Part shown: positions 26,501-40,610 of the stretch, in pieces
Numbering within the stretch: position 1 is the stretch's first letter
Layout of the letters: the number at the start of each line of letters is the position of its first letter
Source of the DNA: Setoptus koraiensis
Lineage: Eukaryota > Animalia > Arthropoda
Assembly: GCA_048013815.1 (NCBI GenBank)
Contig: CM106585.1
Coordinates: forward strand, 22,010,001-22,074,000
Direction of reading: 5' to 3'
Length of the DNA: 64,000 bases
Program-made: the position numbers and the translations under genes
Notes under the pieces: model-generated
The model's input: the letters and a program-made list of their open reading frames with translations, nothing else
What the model was told of the DNA's origin: nothing
The model's database searches: none

Positions 26501-29500
26501 CAAAGAGCGCCGCACCGCATCCCCCACCCACACATTGCAGTCGACAGCACGACAAAACAGCAGGAAAAGAGCGGAGCAAAACAGAGAAACGAAAGACACC
26601 ACCAGAAGAGGAAGAAAAGATAGCAAGAAGCAGTGAGCAGGAGACCAACGAGTAGACAGTGACCCGGCACACCTCCAGGCAAAGCCAACGCCAGCAGAAA
26701 CGAACGACCAGGCGCAGCCGACGACAAGGACGAGGCGTGAGTCGGACACGGGACAGTAAAGGAAAGAGACGAGAGCAAAGAGAACGCAAGAAGACAACAG
26801 CAAGAGGGGGAGAGCGAAGAAGTCAACCCGAACCACCCGCGCACGAGCAGCGACCAGCACGCAAAGAAAAACGAAAGCCGAGTAAAAACGCGAAAAGTAC
26901 ACCCCAGCAGAAGAACGAGAGAGAAAGCCGAACAGAGAACAAGAGAAAAAGACGCAAAACAAGCAGAAGAGCAGACAGGCACGCACCGAGAAGAAACGAG
27001 AAAACAAATAGAAGGGAGGGAGACGAGAGCAACGGAGAAGTACAGGGCGCACACAGGAGTAGCACACTAGCGAGAAGAGCCAAAAAGTCAGAAGCGCCAG
27101 AAACAACAAGAAAACGGAAGCGTCAGCGAGAACAAGGACGAAACAGCACAGGACGAGCAAACGCGCCGTAGGTCGCAGGGAGCACAGTCGGCACGACAAA
27201 CACCGCACACAACGCCAGGAAACACGAGCCCAGCGCCGGAGCCGAACAGAGAAAGTAAAGAGAGTAGAACAGCCGAGGAGAGCAGACAGAGGACGCGGCA
27301 ACCCCCACTCCCACAGAGACGCGCGCCAGAACACGGCCCAGAGAGAGAAAGAACGAGTGACGCCACAGAAAAGAAGAAGAAAAAAAGAGAGGCAAGAGCA
27401 AAGACAGCAAAGAAGTAGTGAGCCAGACCGCGCGGCGAGAGACGCGGAGAGAGGAAAAAGACGGAAGTAGCAAAAGAAAGAGTAAAAAAAAACGACGAGG
27501 TAGAAGAGAGTCAAGAAAGGAAAGTCAAACCAGACGGAGAACGAAAAGAGGTAACGCGAGAGGAGTAAGAGAACAGAACGCAAAAGAAGCAGCGAAACCA
27601 CAAGACAGAGACGCAAGTAGAGAAGGGAGGACGAGTCGACTGGGAGACGAGAAAAAGTACAGGTAAAGAACAACCGTAAGAAAGACGAACAGAGAAAAAG
27701 ACGTCCGGACAAAGCACAACGCGAGTGAAAAGAAGAACAGACAACGCGCAGTAAATGAAAGGAGGTAAAATCAGAGGGAAGAAGAGAGCAAAGAAGCAAG
27801 CTACGCACCAAAGAAGTAAGGACACAGCGACCGGCGTCGCGTGAGCCACAAAAAAAGCCCCGCAGCGACCAACGAGCAACCAGCAGCAACACGAGGAAGC
27901 AGGGAGACACAGGCAAGAGACGAAAACTAGGGAAGGCGTACAGGACCCGACACAAAGACAACGCAGACCACCACCGTGAAAAAGTTCGCGGAACGGTCCG
28001 CCCGCGAACGACGCGAAGAACAGGCGCAGACGGAGACAACACAAAAACAACAAAGGAAGAAACAAGAAAGTGCAGGAAAGAAGAAGAGAAGTGCAGAAAG
28101 GAAGCAAAAAAGCAGAGAGAGCGAAGAGAAGCAAGCACGCACGCCAACCACTCGCAGCAAGGCGCAGCGACACAAGAGTAGAGCAGCGGCAAAAAAGAAG
28201 AGTGCAACCAGGGAAAGGACGAGGGAAAACGCAGACTAGACGAAGCAAAAGAAAGAAAAGAAGAATGAACAGACAACAAAACGGGGACAGAAACGAAGAA
28301 AAACCAAAAGAGAAAATGAAAAAGTAATAACAAAGGAGCGGAAAGAGAGAAGAGAAGGGAACGAGAGCAAAAAAAAAAAGAGGAGGAAAGGAGCGACGAG
28401 GCTAGAGCACGAAGAGACAGGGCGCGGTGAGTAAAGAAAGAGAACACACACAACGAGAACGCGTACAGAGAAAGGATAAAGAGAGACGGGACAAGACGAG
28501 TGCAAAAAGCAAGAAGCGCACAAGCAGAACAGACGGGGTAAGGACCTAAAGACGGACGGTCACCGCCACACGGCTAACGCACCCGAGCAGAAAGCAGCAA
28601 GAACACAACTGAGGAGACGACACAGACACGAATCAGCAGAAACAGACACAGGAGCGCACTCAGAGGAAGAAACCGAGTACGAGACCAACCAAGAGCGTAT
28701 CACGGAACAAACAGTAGAAGTACCAAAGTCGTACGGAGGACGACCAAACCTCGAAAGTGGTTAACACAAGCGCCGCAAGCGAGAAACAGAGCAGAACGAA
28801 GAACAAGTGCAAAGAAATAAAAGCACAACACAAGGTAGCAGAAGTGGAAAGGAGGAGGAGCGGGAGAAAGAGAGAAAGAGACAGAGTAGAGAACGCTAGT
28901 GAACCACGACGAAAACAAGACGAGGGAAACAGAAAGACAGAAAGACAGAAAACAAGACAACGCAAAAGAAAGGACGGAAAGGAAAAGGAAAGAAGACACA
29001 ACGAAGACGACAAGTAAAGACCAACGAGACACCGAAGAACAAAAGCACAGCAGAGAGGTGGAAAAAGCCGTCCCACTGTTACCGGAGAGCGCGTAAGAAA
29101 AAGAACAAGACGGTGATAGGTAAGGAAAGGAGCAACACGAGACCGGGAAACGTAAGAAGAGAGGGCCAAACCACAGCAGGAGGAAAGCAGGCCCGAGTCC
29201 AAAGCAGAGCGAGCGAGCAAGAAGTTAGAACGAACATGAGCCAAAACGCAAAGAAGAGAGGACCCAGGAAGCAAAAGAGAAAGAGAACGCACAGGAGCAG
29301 CGACGCGCACAGGTGAGAGAGAGAGGAAAGCGAACGACAGAACACAAGCGAGCAAGAGGAAAAACCACCACAAGCTCAACAGGCAAAACAGGCAGGAGGG
29401 CGAAGGCGGAGACGGAACCAAGTAAAACAAAACGGAAAACAGAGGACACGCAAAAAGCGAGGACGAAGCAAGCACAAGAGACAGACGAGAAAGAGAGCAG

Positions 29501-32500
29501 AGTCACACACACCCGACCACCCCAAGGCGCGCCACCGACGACGTCACGCAGAAAGAAGAGAGAAAAGCGACGCCCGTCCAACACAAACGAGAACGCACAG
29601 ACAAGACAAAGACGCATGCAAAGAAGTGAGACGAGCACAGTAAGGCGCAAACCGTGACAGCGGTACAAGTGTCACGAACAGAGAGCAGTAACCAGAACCG
29701 AAGCGAGAGGAAACAGAACGAAAGAGGGAAAGAGACACACGAGCAGAAAGTGAACGAAGAAGACAAAGATAAAGAACAAGAACGGAGACACGGTAAGAGC
29801 GCCGCAAGACACCAGAGCCAAAGCAGAAGATAGCGACAGCAGAACCGAGAGTTCGCCACGGTCAGGACGCAGACGCACCGCTCTCGCGCGAGCCAAAGAT
29901 GAAAACAGGAAACAAAGCAAAAAGGCAAAACGAGCAGAAAAAACGAGAGACGCGCCAGCGACCGCCGCGAGACGAGACAAGAAAGCGAAACCCACCCACG
30001 GCACGCCGCAACCCAGCGGGAGACCGCAGAACAACGAGCGAGAAGAGAAGACCCAAAAAGCGCCCACACGCGAGCGAAACTAACAGAACCCGACCGGTCA
30101 CAAACAAGGAGAGTCAGCCACCCCCGCACCCACACGCGCAAGTGGAAGAAGAGCAGCAGGAGACAAAGGAGAACAAAAGGCAAAGCGCAAAGAGAAGAAG
30201 AGAACAAACAGGAAGTTGAAGAGAGTCGCTCGTAGCGAGTACACAAGGAAAACACGAAAAGGAAAAAGGGTTAACCACACGACGGACCGTACAGACAAAC
30301 AGACACAAGAAGCCGCACGCCGACCGTAACGCACTGAGCAACAAGCAGAAGAGCAAGAGCAGACAAGAACACGACAACGCGCAGGGCGACAAGCAGTCGA
30401 ACACAACAGAGAGAGAGTGAGAAGAAAGCAGACGCAGCAGAGAACGAAAGAAGGCAGACCGCACGCACACACCCCACGTCGACGACGAGAACAGAAACAG
30501 ATTAAGAGGCAGAAAAGCGACGGCAAAAAAAAAAAACAGGTAAACAAAGAAAGACCGAGACAAACGAAGGAAAGCGCCGCCACGACGGCACACGCGTAAC
30601 AGCCAGAGTCACCGCACAAGCGAAGACAAACGCACGTCACGGCCGAGACACGGCCAGTCAGCGACTCAGAAGAAGAGTGCAAGAGACAGGACTAGACAAG
30701 GCAGTAAGAAGAGAAAACTAAAGCAACAAAAAGAAGCAGACAGCAAGAGTAGAGAAGAAGCAGAAAGAGCAGAAAGAAAAAAAGCAAGAGACACAGAAAG
30801 TAAAGATCAAAAAACAAAAAGAGAAGGGGAAAGTGGAAACACGTCAAGCGATCGCGACAGGTAAAATGAGCCGCAAGAAATAAAAAAGAATAAGGGAACA
30901 GACGAGAACAGTACCGAAGAAGACAAGAAAGGAAAGAGGCACCACACACGGCAAAGAGGCCGAAACAGGAGCACGACAGAGAAGTCAGCGAGCGACAGAA
31001 GCACCGAAGTAGAGAGTAACAAGACAGGAGAGGCAACCGCGAGAGTGCCACAGAAGAGTAAAGAAGCTGGCGCAGACAGAAGAAGAGAGAGTCACAAAAC
31101 CACAAGCGGAGAGAGTGAGGCCGTAGGAACGAAAGATGAAGCACAGAACGAGAAAGAGTAAACAACGAGCAAGACAAACACCAACCACAGCACCCACCCC
31201 ACCACACGCGCTGGAAGCACACGAGAGACGCACAACAGAACTAAGAAAAGAAAGCAGTAGGGAAGAGCACAACAAGCACGCAACCAGGATCAGAGCAAGC
31301 AGACGTACGAGAAGACCCACCCAACCGACAACCAAAGGCAGAAACGAGAGAGAAGTCAAAGAGGAGAAGAGAACAGCTAGAGAAGGTCAAAAGAAAAGAA
31401 GAAAATCGTGCAGAGAGCACACGAGAGACACAAAAGACAGCGACCGAGAACACAATGAAGTAGGGAAGAGAAGCAGAGCAGCACGAGGAGAAGAAACGAG
31501 AACGAACGCACAACACAACGTAGCAACAAAGTAGACGAGCGAAGAGCTAGGTCGAGTTAGAGGAACCAGCCAATGACAATGAGTCACACGAAGAAAGAGA
31601 CATACGAACAGACCGCACCGGCGAAAGAGAGAGAGAGACGAAGCAGAGCGTCCGCACAGCTGACACAGAGAGAACTACGGTCCGAGCCGCGAGGTGACGC
31701 CACAGAAAAGAAGACACGGAGCGAACATGAGAACAGCGAAAGCAAAACGAGAAGAAAGTGAGACGAAGCGGCGTACAAGTGAGTTCAGAAGTACGGCAAA
31801 AAGAAGAAAAAGGAAGCGAGCAAGAAAGAAGAAGACACACAACGAGGGAAAAAAACAGACACGTAAAAGAAAAAGAAAGGAGACGAGAAAAAGCCGGAAG
31901 ACAGAGAGGAACGAAGGAAACGTAAAACGACAACACGAATACGGAACGACAAAAAGCCGCAGAGATGAGGAAAAGTGAATAAAGAACGAAAAGCAGTAAC
32001 GAAACTCGGAAGAACGACAGCGGACGCGCAGTAAGCGAAGTGAGAGCAGAAACCAAGAACAAGTAAGGAAAACACAAGCGAGACGAAAAGCCACAGCGTG
32101 TAAGAAGAAGACAGAAAGTTAAGAGAAACGAACAGGTCAACGAGAGCGCGAGAAAGCGACACACAGCGAGATACAGCTAAGCAGAACAAGCATAGCACAG
32201 CGAAAGAGGACGACACAAGCAAAGGCAGAAGTGAGAGCAAGACGCACGCTGAAAAAGAAGCGAGACGAACGAAGAGCAAGAGAGAGAAAACAATCGAGGA
32301 AGATGCAACAAAGGCAACGAGGACAAAGCACAACCACAAAAAAGGAGAGTAGAACAGGAGACGTGCAGCGAGAGAAAAAGAACGTCAAAGCAGCACAGAG
32401 AAAAAGACCAGAGCAAAGAACAGAGAAACAAGAGGAAAGGCCGACAGGACAAGAACCAAGTACAGAACAAAGCGAAGAAAAAAAACAAGAGCTGACGCAA

Positions 32501-35500
32501 GAGCACCAAAAAAAAGAAGCAAGGGGGAGGGGCGTGGGGCAAGGTGGCGCGAACACCGGGCAGCAGAGCCAAGACGACACGCAAAGCCAAGAACAACAGC
32601 ACGGCCCGCGCGAGGCCCACACGCACACGCGAGCAGCGACGCAGGCCCGTCAGGCGGTCGAGGGACAGTGAGCCAAAAGGGACAAGACGAGAGAAAAGCG
32701 AGTAAGTGTGCCTGAGAAGAGAGCAACCGCAGGTAGGACAAAAGAGCAGTCAGTTCAAAAAGACAAAAAAAAAGGACAGAACAGAAACAAAAAAGACCAG
32801 ACTGAGGCGACCAGGTAGAAAGAGGAAGGGAACAAGAAAAGAGAGAGCAGGACGAAGCAGAAAGACGAAAGAGAGAGAAGACGCAGGGAAGAGAAGACAG
32901 AGAGGAAAACGAAAACACAAGAGTAGCGACACGCGAGAAGTAACAAAAACACGGGAGAACGGTCAAAAGAGAGAGAAAAAGTCAAAAGAAAGAATAGAGA
33001 GCCGTCAGCGAGGACGCCCAACAAAAAGACAAGAAAAACATCAAGAGAGAACAGAAGAAAGAAGGCACAGAAGGAAGAGAAACAAACGAGAGAAAAGGAG
33101 AAAAATCGGAGACAAAGACGAAGAAGAGGAGAGAGCGAAGAAAGGGTGACGAAAAGAAGACAAACCCAGTTACACGTACGACAACAAAGACAAAGCAAAG
33201 AAGAAGCGAGAACGCAAGACAGCCCTGTCCAGCCGAGAGCAGTAAGCGAGCAGCGAAGAGAGAAAAAGAGCTGTCAAAAAGAAAGGAAAGACAAAAAAGA
33301 GAAACAGAACGACACAAAAAGAAAGAAGAAAAAAAGCGAGTACGCACAGAAGAGAGTAGCGACACACAGCAAGCGTACCCAACCACAGAACAGACGAGCG
33401 ACGTGACAGAAAAGAAAGAAAAGAGTGACTGCAACCAGCGCGAAAAACCCACAAGACAAAGAGGAAAGGGCAGTCGAAAGCGCAGAAAAAGATGAACCCA
33501 CAAACGGGTAAGACAAACGAAACAGGAGCAGACAAGGAGACGCCCGCCACGCACCGTACGAGAAAAGCGTAAGCCGCGACAAACACCACCGCCAAAGAGT
33601 AACAAAAAAGCCGGAAACTGAAGGAGAAAAAAGAAAGTACGTGTAGACAGACGAGAAGAAAAAACCACGAGCAAAGCGCAGGCACAAAGCAAACACGTAA
33701 GGTGCAACAGTGTAAGCAACAGTAAAAGGAGGTACAGAAAGTCAAAGAGAAAAAAAAAGAGGAGCGAGTAAGGAAAACGTGTAAGAAAAACGGTCTTACG
33801 AAAACAAAAGCAGTCGTGTCGAAGTCCGTGAAAAAGAGGGAAGAGGAATCCGCGGCACTTGAGCAGCAAACAGAGGAAAAGAACGCCGGCGCCCCCAGGC
33901 ACAACAGAACGAAAGTAAAGAAGCGACGCACACAGACCGGCACACGCCCAACAACACGTCCGCGAGAGTAAAAGCAGAAGACAAGGGCAACGAACAAGCG
34001 AGAACAGGCACGCGTGCGCCGCCAGACCTACAGACGGGAAGAGCAGAGAACAGCAAAAGGCACTAAAGCACCGAAGAGGAGCAAAAGACAAGTCGAGAGA
34101 AAGAAGAAACGTAAGACGTCAAACAGAGGGACAGAGAAGCAAGCCCACGCACGAAAGAGGAAGACGTAAGAGAAAGAGAACCAACACAAAACGTAAAGCA
34201 CGCCGTCGTCGTTGAGCAGGAGAGCCCCAGACGACACGCGAGAGAGTCGTAGAAGCAACACAGAGGCACAAACCGCAGCAAGAGAAAGAGAGGAAGCAGT
34301 AGGAGAGCACGGCAGCCGCGGACACAAAGACGAACGGCAAAAGAGAGGTAAGAAGAATAGAAGACGTAACAACGTTAAAAAGACAGTAAGAAGAGCGTGA
34401 GACGAGGGAAAAGCGGACCGGAACAAAGGAAAACACGAGCAGGTAGAGAAAACACCGCCGAGAAGCAGAAAAAACGTACAGACAGTAAAAAAGAAGAGAA
34501 GACACCGTCTGCGCGCGCCCGCCACAGTACAGTCCGCACGGAGCGAAACAAGTAGGAGCCGGCAGAAGTCAACGAGCGAGACCGAAACAGGGGACACCAA
34601 GTCACGCGCGCGTAGACACGCACTACGAACAAAGCACAAAAGCAGCGAGTAGAAGGTTACAAGCAAGACAAAGCCAAGAACCGAAACGCAACAAGCTGCA
34701 GAGGACGAAGGGCGACCCAGAGCGGACAGTCAAGCAGTGTGAACAGCAGAACAACAACGGGAGCAAAGGCACCAGCGGGAAGACAACACAAGCAGAAAGC
34801 AAATGAGCTGAACAAGAAAAAAAGAGTAGAAACAGCACACGACAGCGAACGAAACGAAAAAAAGGAAAAAATACGTAGTCGACGAGAAAGAAGAAGCCTA
34901 AGCGAAAAGTGGAAGTACAGAAAGCAAGAGAAAGTAACACACAGTAGAAAAAGAAGGAACAAAGGAGAGGAGAGTAGAGGCGAGCATAAGAGAAAAAGAG
35001 CGGAAAGGAGCAGAAAACGTAGAAGAAGCCAAACAGAAAGAGAGACCGAAAAAGAACAAAGTAGGGAAACGATAACAGGAGAAAACGAGGGCAAAAAGAC
35101 AGAAAAAGGTAAGAGAAGAGTAACGAGGCGAGAGAAAAGTGACAACACACGAAAGACGGCAAGAGCAAGGCTGAAACGCAGAAGCGGAGAGAGCAAGAGA
35201 GAGAGAGAACGAGAGTAGTCGAAAAGAAAGCAAAAGAGAGAAAAGAACGACGAAGGAAAAGAAGAAGAGAACAGACAACAGTACGAACAAGAAAAGAAAG
35301 AGAAGGAGAACGTAAAAGACGACAGAAGGAGAGAGACGAGACAAGACAGAAGAAGACATAGCAGAGAGAGGAAAAAACAGGAGCAAGAGACGAAAAAAGA
35401 AAAGGAGAAGACAGAGCAAGTTAGAAGAGAAAAAAGTCGCAACACAACAGCAAGACCGCAACGGGAACGCGAGGACGCGAAAAATCAATCAGAAAAGAGC

Positions 35501-38500
35501 AGCACACAAGAAAGCGCAGAGCAGAAGAGAGAAGCAATAATCGCCACCAACCCCTCAGACAGTAAGGGAGCGAGAGACAGCAACAAGAACAGAACAAAAA
35601 AAGAAGAAGAAGAAGAGCAGTCAGGACAAGCCAAGAGTTCGCGTGAAACGCAACGAAACAAACAGTCAACCACTGAAGCCACCCGAGTAGATACAAACGG
35701 AGCGAGTAAGAAACACACGAACAGACCAGAGTTAGAACAGCAGTACAAGCGAACAGTAAACGCAAGTCGACGAAGAAGAAGCGAGGACAGGAAGAGACCG
35801 AACGAAAGAAAGTGACAGCCCGCGTAGAACGATAAGCAGACACACGAAGAGAAGCAACAGGCGAAAAGCAAGGCCCCCAGCGACAGTCCACAAGGAACGA
35901 CAGCTACGTAGAAAGCGAGTAAAAAGAGTCGAAAACAAAGACAGAATGAGGCGACAGAGCACGAAAGAAAGGTAAGAACAGCACCAGCGTAGTGGAACAC
36001 CAAAAGGACAGCCAACCGGAGGCAGAAAACGGACCAGAAGCGCCCAGAGCAAGAGGAACGGTAAGCCAGACAAAACGAGACGCGTCCACCGGAAAGACGA
36101 GGAAGGACGACCGGTCACGTAAGACGCGACACAACGAGATGTAACAACAGCAGGAAGAGCCACGACGAATAGCGAGAGAAAAGGACAGAAACGAAAGAGA
36201 ACGCAAGGACAAAGAACAACAAGAGCAAGAGAAGTAACGAACAGTCAGTACGAACAGAACGAGAAACAAGAGTAAAGCGAAAAGCAAAGAAACGCGATAA
36301 GAAAAAAAGAACACAGCAAAGCGCGGGAACGCAAAGAGAAAAGCAGTAAGAGAAACGACAGAAGGAAACGCAGCACATGAGTCAAAGAAAGAAGCGTCCA
36401 AGCAACAGGAGCAGCCAGAGACGGAAAGAGTAAACGTCAGACGCAGAGGAACACGACAAAAGTGACGAGTGAAAAGACGTCATAAGACACGGAACAACAA
36501 CGAAGGCCACGGACACGTTCAGGAGCAGAGCAGAGACAAAGGACCAGTAGAACACGGAGCAACAGAACGAACCAGTAACAAAGGCCCCACAAAAGAGCCC
36601 AAAGCAGCAGAGCAAACGCAAAGTAAAGGAACAGAGAAGAAGAAACGCGAGCACAGGGCAAGACGAGAGCGAGAAGCACGCCGGACAGACGAACAGCAAG
36701 AAGAAGAAAGAAACACGAGACACAGGAGGAACAGAAGCAGAAACGAAGCGAGCCGCTAAACAAGCGACCAAACGGACGCAATAAGAACAGAGAAAGTCGA
36801 GTGCACCAACGAAAAAAGAGAAGCAAGACCAAGAGAGAAGTAAACGGCACCTGACGCACGAGATGACGAAGCCGAACACCGAAACGAAGGACAACGCAGA
36901 GAAAGAGCACAGCGCAAAGTCGACACCAAAAGCGGAGCGAACACGCCAGAGAATGAGCCTCCGAAAGCCGAAGAGTTAAACCACGAATAGCCCCCCGGCA
37001 ACCGACAAGAAAAAGAAGTGGCGGAACGCACCGCGACGAGCCACAGAACCAGAGGAGAAAGCACGCGGAAGGGAATGAGACGTAGAGCAAAAAGCTGAGC
37101 GACAGCACCGCCAGTCGGCGCGCACACGAGCCCAGACACACAAAGACGAGCAAGAGAGATACGCGAGACAAAACACCCGAAACGGAGCAGAAGAGAGCAC
37201 CACCACTAGAAAAGAAGACCCAAAAGAAAGGAAGTACCAGAGTGAGGACAAGCACCACGACCACGAGTGGAGAAAGTAAACAAGCCCCGTCAACCACACG
37301 ACCAGCACGAAGAGCCGAAGAAGAACAGACCACAGAAGCGTGAAGAGCAGACGTAGAGAAAGCGACGCCAGAACCGCTAGACAAGAAGGAGCACCGACAC
37401 GAAGAGCCACGCGAAAGAAGAAAGACCCGCCGGCGGCGCGACAGCAGGGGGGCGAGCGTCCGCAGAGAGAGAACACGAAAGCGACGAAAACCCGAGAAAA
37501 GCACGCAGAGCAAACTTGCGCCCGGAGCACACAGAGCGACGCCCGCAGCGATCGCGGTACCCGAGAGTAAGGAAGTAAAGAAAACACAACGCACCACAGA
37601 GCAAAGAAGCTGAGACGCACCCCGAGAAGAGCAGACCACCGCACGAAGAGAGAGCCAGAAGCAGCAAAGAGCAAGCGCCACACCGGCGCGTAGAGGACAC
37701 GCGAGTAGAGCGCTGAAGTGACGAAGTACAGAACACGGGACAGACGCAGTCTCGCGGAGAAGACACAGCGACGCACAGTAGAAAACCGCAACAGACAGTG
37801 CCAGCATGCCCGGGCGTGAACAGAAGCCCAGCCCGAAGAACAACGAGAAGTCACAGGCCCAGCACACAGCAAAGCACAAAGAAGGAGCAAAAAAAAGGTA
37901 CGTGAACGCGACCAAAGCCCGGCGCGTAAGCACCGCAAGTGACATAAGAACTGCGGACCGCGACCGCAGCAAGTCAAATCCAGCGAACCGAACAGGCAGA
38001 ACGGACGACCCAGAGAACACCGCAAAACGAGCGCCAGAGGACACCAAGACTAACGTAGACACCAGTGCAGACGAGTGAGCGCACGAAGAGTGACCGGATC
38101 AGTGCAGAAAAACAGCAGCGAAAGAACCGTAGCGCGAGCGCAAGACAGAGGCAGGAAGTAACAGCACAGAGAATGAGCGAAGTGACAAAGACCCAACCAC
38201 AACACGAAAACAGCCCCGCCGCGCCGACAGCGACAAGAGTACAAGAACGTCCGACGCGAAGAGGGAGAAAATTAAAGAGCGAGAAGAGAAAGAGAAGGGA
38301 CCGGAAAGTGGCCCGTGAGCGCGTAAACAACAGCGACGCAGAGACACGAACGCGAGAAAGAGAACAGCCGTGCACGCCGCCAAGAGTACCGCGCACAACG
38401 CGCGACGTGTAAAGAAGCAAAAACGCGACAAGTGAACGGACGCACCGCACCAGCAGAACGAGGAAGACGACCGCAGAAAACAGGAGACAAGAGAGAGCAC

Positions 38501-40610
38501 AGCCGAGAGAAGAGTAGCAAACAGACCAAACAACAGAAAGGAGACAGAGAACGGAAACGACGAAACGATCAGAAGCTACAGTAAAGACGAAAAAACTCGG
38601 AAGAAAACGAAAGAAAAAGAAAACAGCGCCAACGAGCAGTGTCAGAAGACAGACAGGGGGGAAAACAACGAAGTAGCGAGGAAGACAAGACAGCGGGAAA
38701 GCAGACCGAGCACCCAAGCGCAGCGAAAAAGCGGAAAAAGGAGCAGACAAGAGTACGTAGGCGAAGACAAGACAGAACCTCGCGAGTGACAGAAGGAAGA
38801 GTAGTAAAAAAGAGGCACGTGCAGAACGTAGCAGAAAGAGCCAAAGGAGAGACCAAGTAAACGAAGCGCTCAAGAGGAAAGAAAGAAAGCGGTACGGAGC
38901 CACCGAACGAGACGACAGCACCGAGCGAGTAGCAAGACAAAAAGAGGACAGTCGAGGTGCCAACAGACGACGCCGCCACACCAATCAACAGGACAACGGA
39001 AACACCGTCGGACCGTCCGACGGGAAGCATGAGAGGTCAGAGCCAACAAGACAACGCAAAAGGAGGTGCGAACCGGCCACCCGCGACCCTGCGGCAACGT
39101 GGAGCCCGTCACAACCCGAGCAGAACAGCACCACAGCAAAGCGCGCACCACAGACAAAGCAGAGAAAGACGAGGCAACAGCTGGAGTGAATACAAAGAGC
39201 ACAAGAGACAACAAACGAAAATAGTAGAAGCAAAGCGAAACAACGAAGGAAGGACAGACACAGCGTAAGACGCCAGCAGACAAGCAAGAGTGGAGTGTAG
39301 TTAGCGCGCAGACACGTCGAGCCGCAGCAGAGAGCGAGACAAAAGCCGACAAGAAGGAGACAAAACAAAAACAGCAAAAAAGAGCCCCACGCAAAACGAC
39401 AGGAACACGAAGGGGAAAGACAAGGAGCAGAGAGAAAACAGAGAAGGAGAGTAAAAGTAGAAAACGAGAATCAGCGAGAAACACATGAAAAAAGGCACGC
39501 AACCAGGACTGAACGAGCAACGTAAAGGGAGAGCAAACGGACACAGAACAAGCCATAACGAAAAAAAACCGTAAGTCGAAGAACAGACACCGGAGAAGGA
39601 GGAGCGGAGAACACGGGAACCGCACGCAGGAACAGTAAAACAAAAGACAGTGAAAGTTCAAGACAAAGCAAGCCGTAGAGACACGAAAGAAGAAACGTGT
39701 CAGCGCGACACAAGTAAAAAGAAGAACGTGAAAGACCAGAAGGAGCAACGTCAAAGACAAACACAGCGCAGAGGCGACAGCAGGCAACAGAGAGAGAGAG
39801 GAAAGCAGACGCCGAGCGACCGCAGAGGAAAAAAGAGGCACCAAGCCCAAGAAACGTGAAAGCAACGCAGAGCGGCAAGAAAGGAAGACGCAGTCGTTAA
39901 CGTCCATAACAACAAGAAGGGACGCACAGAGGTAAGGACGGAACAGCTCAGCAACGAGAGCGCCAGCGAACAGCGTCGTACAGCACACCAGAACAGAGTC
40001 GAGAAACGAACGAGTTAGGAACGACGAAAGCAGACGGCGAGACAGCACGAGAGAAGAGACGACCACGCACAGCGACAGCAAAGAACAAGAGCGAAAACAG
40101 CGAGGACACGAGGAAGAGAGCAACGCAAGACGCAGCAGAAAGCCAAGAGCAACAAGTACGAACGGCGGCAGCGCAGATCCCACGCACCGGAAGATCACGC
40201 GACACGAACAAGACAGCAAGCGAGCAAACAGCGACACAGAGAGTCGAACATGTCGACGACCGAGAGGAAACCACAGAGCCCAGACGCCAAAGAGCGAAGC
40301 GGACCACGTGCGAGCAACAAGCGAGCAGACGAAAAACGAGGAACGACTAGCGTGACAACAGACGGACGCGCGCGCACAGCAGACGCGAGAAGCACGACCG
40401 ACAGCGACGAACGTCGACGCGAGACACCGCAGCGCACCAGACGAACGAGACAGAGCACGACGTCGCCAAAGAACAGGCTCCACGCGGAGCGACAGTACCA
40501 GAACAGAACTCAACACCGCCCGACGCACCCGCAGAGCGCGACGAGGAACGGCACCCGACGCACGGACGCCCGCGACATGCTACGCTCCCGCCAGTGACGC
40601 AGCACCACCA
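8598..40610. other. ~32-kb aperiodic A/G/C tract almost devoid of T on the + strand; probable long-read basecalling artifact, not coding
   Basis: Typically 0-4 T per 60-nt line, mostly in GT dinucleotides. No tandem unit or recurring consensus is visible. The overlapping L/F/S/C/V/R ORFs on the - strand and K/R/E/T ORFs on the + strand follow from composition alone. Confidence 0.8.

Noticed and set aside
8183-40597. More than 200 long overlapping ORFs (up to 655 aa) on both strands
   Set aside because: They follow from composition: lack of T on + and of A on - removes stop codons. The proteins are L/F/S/C/V/R or K/R/E/T strings with no domains and overlap in all frames.
8598-40610. Satellite, telomeric array, CRISPR array or transposon interpretation of the degenerate tract
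   Set aside because: No repeated unit, no regularly spaced direct repeats, and no terminal repeats or transposase/RT motifs were seen.
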